Below, one piece after another: positions 27,531 to 41,513 of a DNA stretch of 64,000 nucleotides. A model generated the notes under the pieces. That model was not told the origin of the DNA. It made no database searches and saw only the letters and a program-made list of their open reading frames with translations. The first letter of the stretch is position 1, and each line of letters starts with the position of its first letter. The stretch lies in contig OX597830.1 in assembly GCA_951406725.2 (NCBI GenBank), forward strand, positions 34,720,001 to 34,784,000. The letters run 5' to 3'. The DNA comes from Octopus vulgaris. Lineage: Eukaryota. Made by a program: the position numbers and the translations under genes.

Positions 27531-27893
27531 AATGCCCTGATGCAGTACCAGGCAGTGGCTCTCGTGGCTTCTTGTCTTAACTGATTGGAAGTGTTATCAT
27601 GTACATTGTTTTGTCTTGGTATAAAAGATGGACTACATCAAATATTCTGCTCAATACCATAGATTTGCTTGTCAGTTGTTTGACATTAACCAATTGAGCA
27701 TGCCCTTTAGTGGCTGACGATATGTGCATCTCTGATCACGAGCAGAAGTAGTGGGGAAGCATCATAGCAATGTGTTGAGAGGGATTCTTTGGGGTTTGAA
27801 TAATTCACCAGTGGAAACATGGGTGTTTCATTCAGCATCCTTTACCAACCCTTATTAAGGGACCTTTTGAGCGGGATGGGTTACTCGACCAGA
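27531..27893 (+). mobile_element. Family D (TAA)n-associated non-coding element, 3'-truncated
   Basis: High identity to 49735-50273; preceded by (TAA)n; cut by a SINE A tail. Confidence 0.85.
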
Positions 27894-27894
27894 A

Positions 27895-28090
27895 GTTTGA
27901 CTGCGACCATGCAGGAGCACCGCCTTTAGTCGAATAAATCGACCCTAGGACTTATTCTTAGTAAGACTAGTACTTATTCTATCGGTCTCTTTTGCCAAAC
28001 CTCTAAGTTACGGGGACGTAAACACAACAGCATCGGTTGTCAAGTGATGTTGGGGGAACAAACACAGACATAAAAACATACACACACACA
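27895..28090 (-). mobile_element. SINE family A 3' half
   Basis: tttgactgcgaccatgcaggagcaccgcctttagtcga...aaacacagac. Confidence 0.85.
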
Positions 28091-28130
28091 TATGTATATG
28101 TATATATGCATTTGTATATATATGTGCATA

Positions 28131-28180
<50 letters not shown>

Positions 28181-28201
28181 GCATATGTATATGTGCATAT
28201 G

Positions 28202-28252
<51 letters not shown>

Positions 28253-28253
28253 A

Positions 28254-28289
<36 letters not shown>

Positions 28290-28809
28290 CGTATGTATTT
28301 ATTAGACGAATCATACTCGATTCCTACTTAAAATCACACAACTAAAAGGCCAACCAGCCAGTACCACCCTCTGACCTCCCCCCATCTCTTCACGTATTTA
28401 TAAAGTCGAACTAACGCCCAATCCCCGTTCACACCTCCATATATAAGTGACGTTCTAAGTAGCTATCATCTACTCTAATGCCGGCGAAATATTATGAGAG
28501 GTCAATTTAGTAGGAGGGTAGGTGGGAGGAATGAGTTGGGAGATAGACATTTAAAATGGAAGACGAAATAACGGAAAAATTTAAACACACATACGCTTAC
28601 CACACACCGCACGAACGCATATGTCGCATTAAGCACACAGTTGCAATCCAATATTTACACACATACACAAATACACAGTAAGAGAAATGTATAAATACGT
28701 AAAACTACATATTTACATACTCACACTGATTCAATTATACATACACACGCTCATATTTACGCACTCAATAGCGCAAATAAAACACACACATACATACATA
28801 CATAAACGC

Positions 28810-28848
<39 letters not shown>

Positions 28849-28879
28849 AAGTGCAGTAAGTCAACTTTGCAGATCTAAT

Positions 28880-29687
28880 TTATTTTCTTCTTTTTTCCCT
28901 TTCTTCCTTCCTTTCTTTCTTACTTCCTTCCTCTCAGTTCTCTCTTTGTCTTCTTTTTCCTCTCTGTCTTTTGCCGTCGTCAACGCTCTCCAACCCATGT
29001 CGTCCACCCATTTCTCTTTCAGATTATTCTTAATTTTCATTCTTCTTCTCGTTTGACATTCCTTTCACTGTCTCTCCTTTTGCTAGTCTTTTTTCCACCA
29101 TTCTCTCTCTCTCACATTCTCTCTCTGTCTGTCTGTCTGTTTGTCTCCCTCTAGCTGTATGTCTTTGTCTGTCTGTCTGTCTTGCTCTCTCTTTCACATC
29201 CTCTTTCTTCCTCACTGTCTGTCTGACTACCTTCTCTCTCTTTCTTTTTCTCTCTTTATCTCTGTCTCTCTTCCTCTATCTTTCTCACTGTCTGTCTAAC
29301 CCTCTCTCCCTCCCTCCCTCCTCTCTCTGTCTCTCTCTCTCTTGTTTATGTCTCTCCTCTCTTTCCCTTTCCGCATTTAAATCTCTCTTCTCTATTTCTC
29401 ACATCTGCCCCCTAGTTTCTCTCTGCCACTTTATGTCTCTCCCGCTCTCTTGACTTCTTTCGTTCGTGCTCCGTCTCTCCTCTCCCTCCCCTATCACTCT
29501 CTTAAATCCCTCTTTCTTCTCGCTTCATTCTCTCAGCCTCTCAATGTTAATTAGCCTCTCTCTCTCTCTCTCTCCTTTCATCATGTCATCTGCTCTCTCC
29601 TTTTCACTTCCTTAAATCCTTCATTCTCATTCTTATTTCTTTCTCCCAGTCTTGCTAGGTTTCTTTCTCTCTCTCTTTCTCTCTATT

Positions 29688-29725
<38 letters not shown>

Positions 29726-30050
29726 TCTCATTTTTCTGCTCTTATTCTTTCCTGTTCTCCCTCTATCTCTTTACCTATCTACCTCTTACCCCGCCTTTCT
29801 CACTCTCTTCCCAACATATATCTCCCATTCCAAAATAGATTTTTTATTTGTTTATTGTTTTCACGTCATTCTGCTTAATATATTTCTTTACCATTTTCTT
29901 TGACTTTCATTCTCACCTTCACTCTCACTTTTTCTCCAATTCTATCTCTCATTCTCTTCGTAATTTTCACCATCTTTCCTAATTCTCTTTTCCTCCCGTT
30001 TCTCCCCCCCCTCTCTCACCTAATTTCAAATTTATTTATTTATTTATTCA
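28880..30050 (+). repeat. ~1.1-kb polypyrimidine (CT-rich) tract
   Basis: Direct reading; mirrored (CT)n runs. Confidence 0.9.
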
Positions 30051-30439
30051 TTCTTCGCCTAATTCAAATAATTAAAGACCAAAAACCTTTTAAAATTGAA
30101 CGCGTAATAATAAAAGGGGGGAAAAAGAAAAAAGAAAAAGAAATAACTAAGAGGAAGGGGAAGAATAAAATCTATGGTAGTAGGAGGAAGGGAAGGAGGT
30201 ATGGGGAAGAAAAGAAGAAAGAATACAAGAAAAATAATTGCAGCAATACCAACAACAACAACAATAATAACAACAACAGTGACAAAATTTTAAAATTTAA
30301 AATTAGAAACAAGCAAGAATTAAAAGAGCGAAAAACAACAAAAAAAATAAAAAAACAAAAGCAAAATTCCTTGATAACTTGCTCATTTCATTGTGTGAGG
30401 TGTATGCAGATGTGTTTGTGCACGAAAGATGCAGAGATG

Positions 30440-30885
30440 TTGTGGCGACTGTGGTGGCGGCGGCGGTGGCGGAGGCGGTGGCAGCGGCAGTGGTGACTAT
30501 GGCGGTGGCGACGGCTGCGGCGGTGATGGTGGTGGTGGTGGTGATGATGGTGGTGGTTGTAATGATGATGATGGCGGACGGTAGTGGTGGCGTTGCTGGT
30601 GGTGGTGGTGGTATTGATGGTGGTGGCGGTGTTGATGGTGGTGGTGGTGGTGATGATGACGATGGTGGTAGTGGTGATAGTGATGGTGGTGGTTATGGTG
30701 ATGGTGGTCATGGCAGTGGTGGTGGCGGCGGCGGTGGAAGCGGTGGTGGTGGTGATGGGGGTGGTGGTAGCGGTTGTGGTGGTGGTTGTGGCGGCGGTGA
30801 TAGTATTAGTGGTTGTTATAGAAGAGATATTAGTAAATGTGGTAGTATTAGTGGTGGTGGTGGAGGTGGTGGTAGTGGTAGTAAT
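30440..30885. repeat. (GGT/GGC/GAT)n trinucleotide array
   Basis: Direct reading; gives poly-G/V/H pseudo-ORFs. Confidence 0.9.
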
Positions 30886-30889
30886 ATTG

Positions 30890-31860
30890 ACTTCAAATTA
30901 GACACAAGGCCAGCAATTTTGAGAATCGTCTTTAAGTTCGATTATGTTGACCCCAGTGCTCTACTGGTATTTATTTTATCGATCCCGGAACGAAGAATGT
31001 CTAAGTGAAGCTCAGCGGAATTTGAGCTCAGAACATATGGACTGACGAAATGCCGCTAACAGTTTCTTCCGGTGTGCTAACGATTTTACCAGTTCGCCAT
31101 CTTGGTGGTGGTGATGGTGGTGGTTACTATTCACGGTTCTTGCAATGCTGGTATTATTAACGGCGGTTAGTACGCCGGATAAAATGCTTAGCAGCATTTC
31201 GTCCGTTTTTACGTACTAAGATCAAATTCCACTGAGGTCGACTTTATTTTCATCATTTCGGGCTCAATGAAATTCGATACCAGCTGAACAGAGGGGGTCT
31301 ATGTAATTGACTAGCCCTCTCCCACAAAATTTCAGGCCTTGTGCCTGAAGCAGAAAGGAGTATTAGTCATGGTGGTGGTGGTGGTGGTAGTGATGGTGAT
31401 GGTGGTAACGAATGTAATATCGATTTCAAATTTTGGCTGAGGACCAACAACTTAGGAGGATAGGTAATTCGATTAAACTGACCCTGCTACTCGGCTGCCA
31501 CTTATTTCATCGACCCCCGAAAGGATAAAGGGCAATGGCGATCTTGACTAAATTTGGATTCAGAACGGGAAGGTGGGGCGAAGTCCCGCTAAGCATTTCG
31601 ACCGACGTGCTAACGTTTCTTATTTCTTTATTGCCCACAAGGGGCTACATAGAGGGGACAAACAAGGACAGACAAACGGATTAAGTCGATTACATCGATC
31701 CCAGTGCGGAACTGGTACTTAATTTATCGACCCCGAAAGGATGAAAGGCACAGTTGACCTCGGCGGAATTTGAACTCAGAACTTAACGGCAGACGAAATA
31801 TCGCTAATCATTTCGCCCGGCGTGCTAACGCTTCTTATTTCTTTATTGCCCACAAGGGGT
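30890..31860. mobile_element. Cluster of SINE family B copies (30890-31100 minus, 31160-31360 plus, 31425-31860 minus multimer)
   Basis: Repeated family B head and core in both orientations. Confidence 0.8.
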
Positions 31861-31938
31861 CGATGAAATTGGTATTGGAGATGGCGTTGCTAGTTTTTGT
31901 TTAGTATGGGAGTATAGCCCAAGGGCAGTTATTGACAT

Positions 31939-31981
<43 letters not shown>

Positions 31982-32040
31982 CATGTGTGTGTGTAGACAT
32001 TCATGTATGTAGACATGCATGTATGTATGTGCGTACGTAT

Positions 32041-32073
<33 letters not shown>

Positions 32074-32110
32074 CACATACATAAAATATGTAAATATATA
32101 TTTAAATACA

Positions 32111-32174
<64 letters not shown>

Positions 32175-32178
32175 TCAT

Positions 32179-32400
32179 TGCCTTTGCACAGCTTCTAAAG
32201 CAGAAGATGTACTACAGTTTCAACTGTTCTCTACCAGAAACTAAGGTAACACCTCTTATTTTTCGAGCACTTTCCGGAGAATTCGAGTGGTTTCAAGCAG
32301 TGCTGTTTTCTGCAAGTGCCCTACACTTATTGCAGCCCTTATTTGTTCCATGTACCTCTCAAGATTTTTGCTTACTGTTCCCCAGGGCTCCGAATGACCC
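32179..32400 (-). mobile_element. 3' end of RLE-type LINE (same family as 37684-38425)
   Basis: gcctttgcacagcttctaa...ctaaggtaacacctcttattttt...aagcagtgctgttttctgcaa shared with 37684 onward; encodes the LQKTALL C-terminus. Confidence 0.85.
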
Positions 32401-32513
32401 GTCCTTGTTTTTTTTTGTATCGTCTATCTGGATGTTTTGTTGTCCCTTTTTGTATCACCTAGCTGTCCGGATGTTTTGCGTTCTTGTCCCATTTTGTATT
32501 TTATATATATATA

Positions 32514-34136
32514 CCAACTTGCAGTCCCTCTGACCAACCTCTGGAGAAATTCGTTAGACGCAGGTTATATACCGAAACTGTTTCTATTCCAGTCGGTCTC
32601 CCCGGTTTTCAAACAGGGAAACAGATCCCTCGCAGTCAACTATCGCCCAATCTCACTCACCTCCCACATCATTAAAGTGTTTGAAAGAGTGTTAAGATCA
32701 AGGATAGCTGACTTCCTGGAGACCCACAAACTCCTAAATGCAAATCAGCATGGCTTTCGCTGTGGCAGGGACTGTCTAACACAGCTCTTACACCACATTG
32801 AAGATGTACTCAAAGCCTTGGGAACAGGTTCGAACTCTGACGTCATATATCTTGACTTCAGTAAAGCGTTCGACAGGGTAGACCATAACATCCTACTCTC
32901 AAAATTGGCAAACGTTGGAATCCGTGGAAAAGTTCTACACTGGATTAAGTATTTCCTGGCGGATAGAACACAACATGTTGTAGTTGATGGAGTCCACTCA
33001 AACCCAGCAAAAGTCACCAGCGGTGTTCCCCAGGGAACTGTTTTGGGTCCGCTACTCTTCATAATTTACGTAAACGACCTTTCCAGTGTCGTACATTACT
33101 GCAAAGTGAAAATGTTTGCTGATGACACTAAGCTCTAGCAAATCGTCAATGCAGAAGCAGACCGAACTCAACTCCAGTCTGATCTATATGCTGTGAGTCA
33201 ATGGGCAGACAGAAACAAAATGCAATTGAATGAGGGAAAATTTGAGCTGATGCATTTTGGAAGAAATTCCTCACTAAAACAACCATACTCTGTTCCTTCA
33301 GGGGAACCGCTCACAGCCTCTAACAATATCAGAGACCTGGGTGTAATTGTTGATGACGATCTCAGTTGGAGTGCACACATCAACAAGAAGGTCGATATAG
33401 CTCGTAGGATGAGTTCCTGGATCTTAAGAACTTTCCGGTCCAGAGAACAAGGTGTCATCATACCACTTTTTTCCTCCATTGTACGGCCACACCTTGAATA
33501 CTTCTGCCCACTGTGGTCTCCTCACACAAGACAAAACATCTCCAGAATTGAGTCACCCCAGAGGGCACTCACTAAACATATTGAAGGCTTGGCTGCTCTC
33601 GATTATTGGGATCGCCTTAAAGCCTTGAAACTTTACTCCCTCCAGCGTCGCCGTGAGCGGTACATCATTTGTACGATGTGGAAAATATACCGCCAACTTT
33701 GCCCAAACGACCTAAACATTAGCTTCAAGGTTCATCCAAGACTTGGACCACGGGCTATACGGCGCCTGCCCAATTCAAGATCACAACATACATGTACACT
33801 GCAACATAATTTCTTTTCCTCAACTGGCCCTGCCCTATTTAACATTGTCCCGAGGGAGATCAAAGAGGAAAAGGATCCCATCAACTTTAAACAGAGTCTG
33901 GACAGATTCCTTCAAAGAATACCAGATAAGCCACCCATAATTGGATACAACTCACTACCAACAAGAACTCACTACTTGAACAAAACTGGATACAACTCAC
34001 CCAACAAGAACTCACTACTTGAACAAAACTTGACTTAAACAGGATTCGAATAATCCTATCAGGTGGTGCTATTAAGTTAGACATGGCCTGGACCAATCTT
34101 TGGTCGAAACATATCTAAGTTTATCTAAGTCTAAGT
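32514..34136 (+). mobile_element. 5'-truncated CR1/L2-like LINE; RT domain with a single in-frame stop at 33136-33138
   Basis: NYRPISLTS, QHGFR, YLDFSKAFDRVDH, SGVPQGTVLGPLLF, FADDTKL, RDLGVIVD, VRPHLEY, LYSLQRRRER; ORFs 32437-33138 and 33193-34038 share a frame; 3' stem-loop gacc/ggtc and (tctaagt)n tail; flanked by (TA)n. Confidence 0.95.
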
Positions 34137-34925
34137 ATATATATATATATATATATATACATATATGACGATAAATAAATATCATAGGTAAGTATGGTCG
34201 AGTGTTTCAGAAGTTCGTTTTGCAATCACCAAATCCGTAGTTCTATATCATTGCGTAACTTCTTACAAAAGTATCTTTTGCTACAGCTTCTGACCAAGCG
34301 GAGAGACTGAAGCTGTAGAATTCAATTGCATTGAGTATATATGTTAATCTTGCAAAGGCGACAACATCCCAACAAGATAACCTCTATATGAAAGCCTGCT
34401 AAAAATATTAACCAAATTTCGCTCAAATTACACCCGTACGTTAATACCTTATTAAATGAAATACACATTGCATGATATAGTGCTAGATATAAAACGCATG
34501 CAAGGGAAGACAAGATGACCAAATCTGGAGAGCCCTAACTTAAAAGTTTGCTTGATAAGAGCTGACCTAATGCTAAATAGCAAGCTTTTATGAATGCTTT
34601 GGAGATGCACTTGACTGAAGACCAATTATTGAAGCAATGGTAGTTTCACAGTGGCAGAATGATTACAAAATGTTTTACCGTATGTGTTAGTGTATGAAAC
34701 GCGCTTTAAATCTTATTCTTAACTGTAACAAAAATGGTCCATGTGTCTAATGTGATCGTTTTATGAATGGGGTACCGGGTGTATGGGGATATGGTGAAAC
34801 ATATTAAACTTGCTTTTCCTACAAAATATTTTTTCCATCTAAAAGTAAGGATATTTCTTATGCGAGAATGCATCTTATGTACCAGCAAATATGGTACATT
34901 CACATTTTATTAATTTATTTTGAAG

Positions 34926-35440
<515 letters not shown>

Positions 35441-35762
35441 ACTGTATTCAAACTTTTGCCGCTCTACAGTGTCATGGTCACTGACCTGAAAGTCAAGAAA
35501 AACAGGAAGTTGGATAATGTTATGTTACTGTTGACATCAGTCTCCATGATCATGATTTTGTTGTTGTTCAACCTGATATATTCCTAAGCTGATGTGACAA
35601 AATGCATCAGGAAAGGGATAGGCTCAGTGTATCGCTGCTTGTGGTACAAGCAACAAGCGATCCCGGAGGAAGCTTGATGCTTAGTTATAAATCATTGCTG
35701 TTAAACACGATCGCCGTTTAGCTGCTAGATAATTAAATGGAAGAATACATAAGTAAATAAAA

Positions 35763-35830
<68 letters not shown>

Positions 35831-35856
35831 CACACAAACTGACAAAAAATCACACA

Positions 35857-35958
<102 letters not shown>

Positions 35959-36149
35959 TATATACACACATATTCAACGAGAAAGAATGGGAAAGACAAA
36001 CTGAGGGAGAGAGGGAGAGAGAGGTGGGGAACGAGTAAGTGAGAGAAAGGAATTAGAATTTCTATAAAGGTATAAACTATAGCGAAAAGAAAAAGAAAAA
36101 AACTCAATATTTTTCTTTTCTTTTCAGAGTAATACAAACAATTATGAAA

Positions 36150-36264
36150 GCTGAATGAAATCGGTATAAAAAATTACTATAGTTTCATCTTTTGATTCTT
36201 CAGATTGTAATCCGAAGAATTAAAGGATGAAGCTATAGTAATTTTAATACCAATTTTATTCAGC
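36150..36264. repeat. ~57-bp-arm imperfect palindrome containing a hammerhead pair
   Basis: gctgaatgaaatcggtat...ttcttcagatt-gt-aatccgaagaa...ataccaattttattcagc. Confidence 0.85.
36172..36206 (-). ncRNA. Minimal type I hammerhead ribozyme motif
   Basis: Minus strand aau CUGAAGA auc-aaaa-gau GAAA cuauag UA auu; the + strand mirror (36209-36243) has core mutations CCGAAGA and GAAG. Confidence 0.65.
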
Positions 36265-36345
36265 GTTTTTCTATAGTTTGCTAAGTAGCTAGCTAGATAT
36301 ACATCAAACTACACATCTATTTATCTATCTATCTAATATATATTC

Positions 36346-36378
<33 letters not shown>

Positions 36379-36392
36379 TAGATACATACACA

Positions 36393-36560
36393 TACGAGGG
36401 GGTACCTAAAAGAAGCCGGGAATTTTGTAACGTTATTTTATTCACTTAATTTTATACGCTTTCACTTTTATAGCCTTCAAAGTTTTCCCTTTTTCAAGTA
36501 ATCTATCGGTTCAGAAGCGTTTTTCACAATTCAAAACACTGCTGGACCTCTTTTAACACC
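36393..36560. mobile_element. Mariner-like terminal fragment
   Basis: Begins TA-cgagggggtacctaaaagaagccgggaat, typical of mariner TIRs; no partner TIR seen. Confidence 0.5.
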
Positions 36561-36914
36561 TGTGTTACTTCGCCTTTCATCCTTTCGGGCTCGATACAAT
36601 AAATACCAGCTGAGCACAAGAGTCGACATTCTACTCTCTTCAATATTTCAGATCTTCTGCCGAAATTAAAAACGATATTGGAGAAGTGAGCTAGAAGTTA
36701 TTTCAGAGCTTCGAAACACAACTGACGGGTGATATTTCTGGATTTGTACGTCCTGTGTTTAAATCCTGTGTTTAAATCAACTTTGTCATTCAATCACCAA
36801 CCCAGCGTCGGGATAAAGAAAATCGAGTACTTGGGTTGATTTTATCGACTAATTACCTCCGTACAATGCTGGCGTTGTCCTTAAATTAGAAACAATTATT
36901 ATTATTATTATTAT

Positions 36915-37428
36915 TGAGTGCGAGAGCAGTTCATGCCATCAAAGTGACACTGGGGTAAAATGTACGAAGCCCAATATACCCATCATGACTACCCGTCTGA
37001 TAAGGGTACACCAGGCACATGCATCACAACCATATGTGCGCGACATGGTGATCTCATATCAAGATAAACAGCACATGACCTTGCAGGTGGGGCTTTTTCT
37101 TCAGGTTGAGTAACCCATCCTGCTCAAAAGGTCCCTGAATAAGGTTTGTTTTAAGGATGATGAACAAAACACCTATGTTTCCAAAGGTGAATTATTAAAA
37201 CCCCAAAGAATCCCTCTCAACACATGGCTATGATGCTCCCCCACTACTTCTGCTCGTGATCAGAGATGCACATATCATCAGCCACTAAGGGACATACTCA
37301 ACTGGTTAAGGTCAAACAATTGACAAGCAAATCTGTGGTATTGAGCAGAATATTTGCTGTAGCCCATCTTTTATACCAGGACAAAACAATGTACATGATA
37401 ACACTCCCAATCAGTTAAGATCAGAAGC
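36915..37428 (-). mobile_element. Family D element between (TTA)n tracts
   Basis: Reverse complement of 49750-50273 with high identity. Confidence 0.9.
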
Positions 37429-37488
<60 letters not shown>

Positions 37489-37494
37489 CAAAGG

Positions 37495-37668
37495 AGGCGA
37501 TTTGGCAGAATCGTTAGCACGCCGGGCTACGTTCTGGGTTCAAATTCCACCGAGGTCGACTTTGCCTTTCGCCCTTTCGGGGTCGAGAAATTAGGTACAC
37601 AGTGAAACACTGGGGTCGATGTAATCGACTCAGTCCCCCCCGCACAAGCTGCCCTTGTGGTAAAAATT
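37495..37668 (+). mobile_element. SINE family B (internal deletion)
   Basis: ggcgatttggcagaatcgttagcacgccggg...ggttcaaattcc...core. Confidence 0.85.
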
Positions 37669-37683
37669 ATTATTATTATTATT

Positions 37684-38425
37684 GCCTTTGCACAGCTTCT
37701 AACGCTGGAGATGTATTGCGTTGTCAGCTGTTCACTACCAGTGAACTAAGGTAACACCTCTTATTTTTCCAGCACCTTCAGGAGTATTTGAGCGTTTCCA
37801 AGCAGTGCTGTTTTCTGCAAATGCTCCACTCTTTTTGCAGCCCCCATTTGTTCCATGTACTTCTCGAGATTTTTACTCACTGTTCTCAGTACTCCGACAA
37901 TTATTGGTACTACTACCACTTTTTACATCGACCACAACTGCTTAACTTTCCAAGCTAACCTGTCATATCTCTTGACTTTTCTTTCTTCCTTATCGCATAC
38001 CTTGTTGTCAGCTGGGCATGCTATATCTATGATCCAGCATAGTTTGTTTTCTTTCTCAATTAAGACTATGTTTGGCTTCCTATTCTCCATTTCATGGTCG
38101 CACTGAACCATAAAATCCCATAGGATCTTTGCATTACTATTTTCGATGATGCCTTCAAGTTTGTGGTCGTACCAATTTTTTGCTCTGTCAAATCTATACT
38201 TGCTGCAAAGTGTCCAATAGACAAACCTGGCTATATTGTCGTGGCGTCTCTTATATTCCTTCTGGACTAGTGGCTTTACATTGGCTGGTAATAGGCCATA
38301 CGGCTTCACCGTTTTGTCCACAGATTTTACATTTGTCACTTTCTGCTGTGTTGTCTATTCTGTGTTTTATGTAGTTTGTTAGTGCTTGCTCTTATGCAGC
38401 ACAGATTAGAGCCTCCGTTTCTGGT
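37684..38425 (-). mobile_element. RLE-type (R4/Dong-like) LINE 3' fragment: zinc knuckle + endonuclease
   Basis: ETEALICAA*EQAL, CKICGQNGE (CCHC remnant), YKRRHDNIA, KILWDF, RKPNIV, IIDIACP, LQKTALL; frameshift and stops; TAA-type microsatellites on both sides. Confidence 0.92.
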
Positions 38426-38429
38426 TATT

Positions 38430-38431
38430 CT

Positions 38432-38493
<62 letters not shown>

Positions 38494-38745
38494 TTACTAC
38501 TACTACTATTATTACTACTATTATTATTATTACTATTATTACTATTATTATTATTATTACTACTACTATTATTATTATTATTACTACTACTATTATTATT
38601 ATTATTATTACTATTATTACTATTATTATTATTATTATTACCACTATTACTATTATTATTATTATTATTATTACTACTATTACTATTATTGTTATTATTA
38701 TTATTACTACTACTACTACTACTATTATTATTATTATTATTATTG
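38430..38745. repeat. (TAC)n/(TAT)n array
   Basis: Direct reading. Confidence 0.95.
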
Positions 38746-38747
38746 AA

Positions 38748-39385
38748 GAGGCGGCGAGCAAGTAGAATCGTTAGCACGCTGCTCGAAATGGTTAGTGGTA
38801 CTTCGCCCTTTGTTACATTCTAAGTTCAAAGAAGTACCAGTGAAAGACTGGAGTCGATGTAATCGACTCATCCTCTCCTTCAAAATATTAGGCCTTGTGC
38901 CTATATTAAAAAGGAGAATTATTATCAAAAAGTTGACGAGCTGGCAGAATCCTTAGCGCGCCGGACGAAATGTATAGTGGTATTTCTCCCGTCACTACGT
39001 TCTGCGTTCAAATTCCGCCCAGGTCACCTTCACTTTCATCCTTTCGGGGTCGATAAAATAACTACCAATTGAACACTGGGTGTCGATGTAATCGACTCAT
39101 CCCCTTCCCCGAAATTGCTGCCCTTGTGGGAAAATCTGAAATCATTATTATTGTTATCAAAATGGCGGTGATCTGGCAGAATCGTTAGCACGCTGGACGA
39201 AATGCTTAGTGGAGTATTGTCTGCCGCTACGTCTGTGTTCAAATTGCGTCGAGGTAGACATTCACTTTTATCGTTTCGAGATCGATAAATTAAGTACCAG
39301 TTGCGTACTGGGGTCGATCTAATCGAATGGCCCACTCCCTCTAAAATTTCTAGACTTGTATCTATAATAGAAAGGCTTATTATTT
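38748..39385 (+). mobile_element. Three tandem SINE family B copies
   Basis: Heads at ~38750, ~38935 and ~39163, each followed by core or tail. Confidence 0.85.
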
Positions 39386-39766
39386 TCCTGTAACGTCGAA
39401 TATCTTTTAAATATTCCATAATAGTTACGGCATCGATCGTTCGTTGAAACTAAAGTATACCATGGAGGAGTCATTTTCGCTGTCTAAATAGACACATAAT
39501 GTTTTAAATTCACTTTTTCCGCAAGCGATTTCAGTTCACATTTATTCTTTCATGCATCAAAATGATCCTTGTATCCTTATGAACTATTGACATAGCTGTA
39601 GTAAAACTTGAGTGAATTTATCAGTTTTTTGTAAGCTTCTGAATAGCTAAAATGCTCCTTTTAGCAAATAATTATCTTTCTGTTCTCTTAAATAGTGTGT
39701 TGGGATTATGTTATGTTAAAATCTTGGAGAATTGTTCTCTTTTTAGGAGCTTTAGAATTTTGTATA

Positions 39767-39928
39767 GACGCAGGCGGATCTGTGTCGCAAGAAAGCTTGC
39801 TTCCTTACTACACAGTTCCGGGTCCAGTCTCACTGCGTGGCACCTTGGGCAAGCGTCTTTTATTATAGCCTCGGGTCGACCAAAGCCTTGTGAGTGGATT
39901 TCGTAGAGAGAAATATAGGAGGCCCGTC

Positions 39929-39986
<58 letters not shown>

Positions 39987-40224
39987 CTGTGTGTGTCTTT
40001 GTGTCTGTGTTTGTCCCCACCATCACCGCTTGACAACCGGTTTTGATGTGTTTCCGTTCCCGTAATTTAACGGTTCGGCAAAAGACACTGATAGAATAAG
40101 TAGTAGGCTTACAAAGAATAAGTCCTTGGGTCGGTTTGTTCAACTGAAAAACCCTTCAAGGCGGTGCTCCAGCATGACTGCAGTCAAATGGCTGAAACAA
40201 CAAAAAGATCAAAAGAACAAAAGA
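39767..40224 (+). mobile_element. SINE family A
   Basis: ggcaccttgggcaagc...(TG)n...ggcggtgctccagcatgactgcagtcaaatg. Confidence 0.88.
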
Positions 40225-41513
40225 GCATCATCATGTTTTCTGTTGGTGCCTAATGCCATTCTTACACTTGATGACAAATAATTTTGTCTGACAATTATAT
40301 CAACCGACACTGAAACTCTGAACATATCGTCATTGATTCAAATATAATTAGAATTACTTTATCCTTTATATTCCACATATACCTAAATATCCATTTTAAG
40401 ATCATAAAGGAAAATACTTTTCAATGTGGGAGGTGTCGCCATCAGGCGGGGCGTGGAAAATTTTATGTGGGTACTCGGAACAAAAGATGCGGTAGGAGTG
40501 GTGGTTGATGTATCTTGTAGTTGTTCTAATTTTCGAAAATATTTCCCGTTCGACGTGCGAATTATCTTGTAAAATTAGTAGTCGAAATGTTGTTTTGACA
40601 TTTTATATTATATTGGTGAAATGACTTATATGCAAATAGCCCTTTATTGGCGATCGGCTTGTCGGCTGCAATTTTTTTCTTTTTTCTTTTGTGTGTGTGG
40701 TGTATTTAATTATGTGGAATCATGGTAAAGGGCGTTAGTAAAAGAAAATGGGAGACAGTTTTAAAAAATGTTTGAGAAGCACTAAAGGTTATTTGACTGA
40801 CGGTAATAGTGAAGACAGAGCAGGCTGTGATACCAGCTGAGGTAACAGAGTTGGCGGGAAAAGCGTCGGAGTTAATGGTGATAGCGATGATAATGGTGGT
40901 AGTTACGTAGTCATTAACGGGAGAAGCGGAGTTAGTCAAAGCGGTGGTGGTAGTGTTGGCGGTGGATGATTGGGGTGGCAAGGGCTGTAGAAGCAGTTGT
41001 CGATCTGGTGGTGACAGCGCCACCAACACTGACGGTGTCTGCAGCGGTGGTGAATAAAGGCGGTGGAAGTGTTTGTGTGTATGGGGGATAGCGGGGTTTA
41101 TAACATTGTGTGTATGTGAGGTGGAAGTAGTGGTGGTGGTGATAGGGGAGTTCAATCAGGATTCTGTTGTTACTCCTTTATCGTACTGAAACACTTTCAG
41201 AAGGAAGTTAGCACTTTGGAAAAATATATTGAACCAAATGAAATTGCCTAAGCATCTCTGTAAAGCCATGACCCTTCCTATCAGTCAACGATAAATAACT
41301 GCACAAGAAGTTTTATCAACTAATTACTATACGACAAAGCATGAAATTAATGATGTATGTTCAAAGATTTACTAGATAGCCAAATTAACATAGAAGAACC
41401 CGAATATACCAATCAAATACATTACTGGCCATGTGCCAATTTATTAATCAGAATAGCTGATAACCTTTTACAAATTTCAAGAGTTACCCACATTTTAATA
41501 TTGCTTGTATATA

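Noticed and set aside
29900-31008. 198-aa and 209-aa ORFs (Lys-rich, Gly-rich)
   Set aside because: Low-complexity repeats running into a SINE; open in several frames and on both strands.
33136-33138. Stop-codon rescue by A-to-I editing (UAG to UIG)
   Set aside because: The copy is 5'-truncated and promoterless; a simple CAG-to-TAG mutation suffices.
34085-34115. gacc/ggtc stem followed by GAAAC
   Set aside because: No CUGANGA; better explained as the LINE 3' recognition stem-loop.
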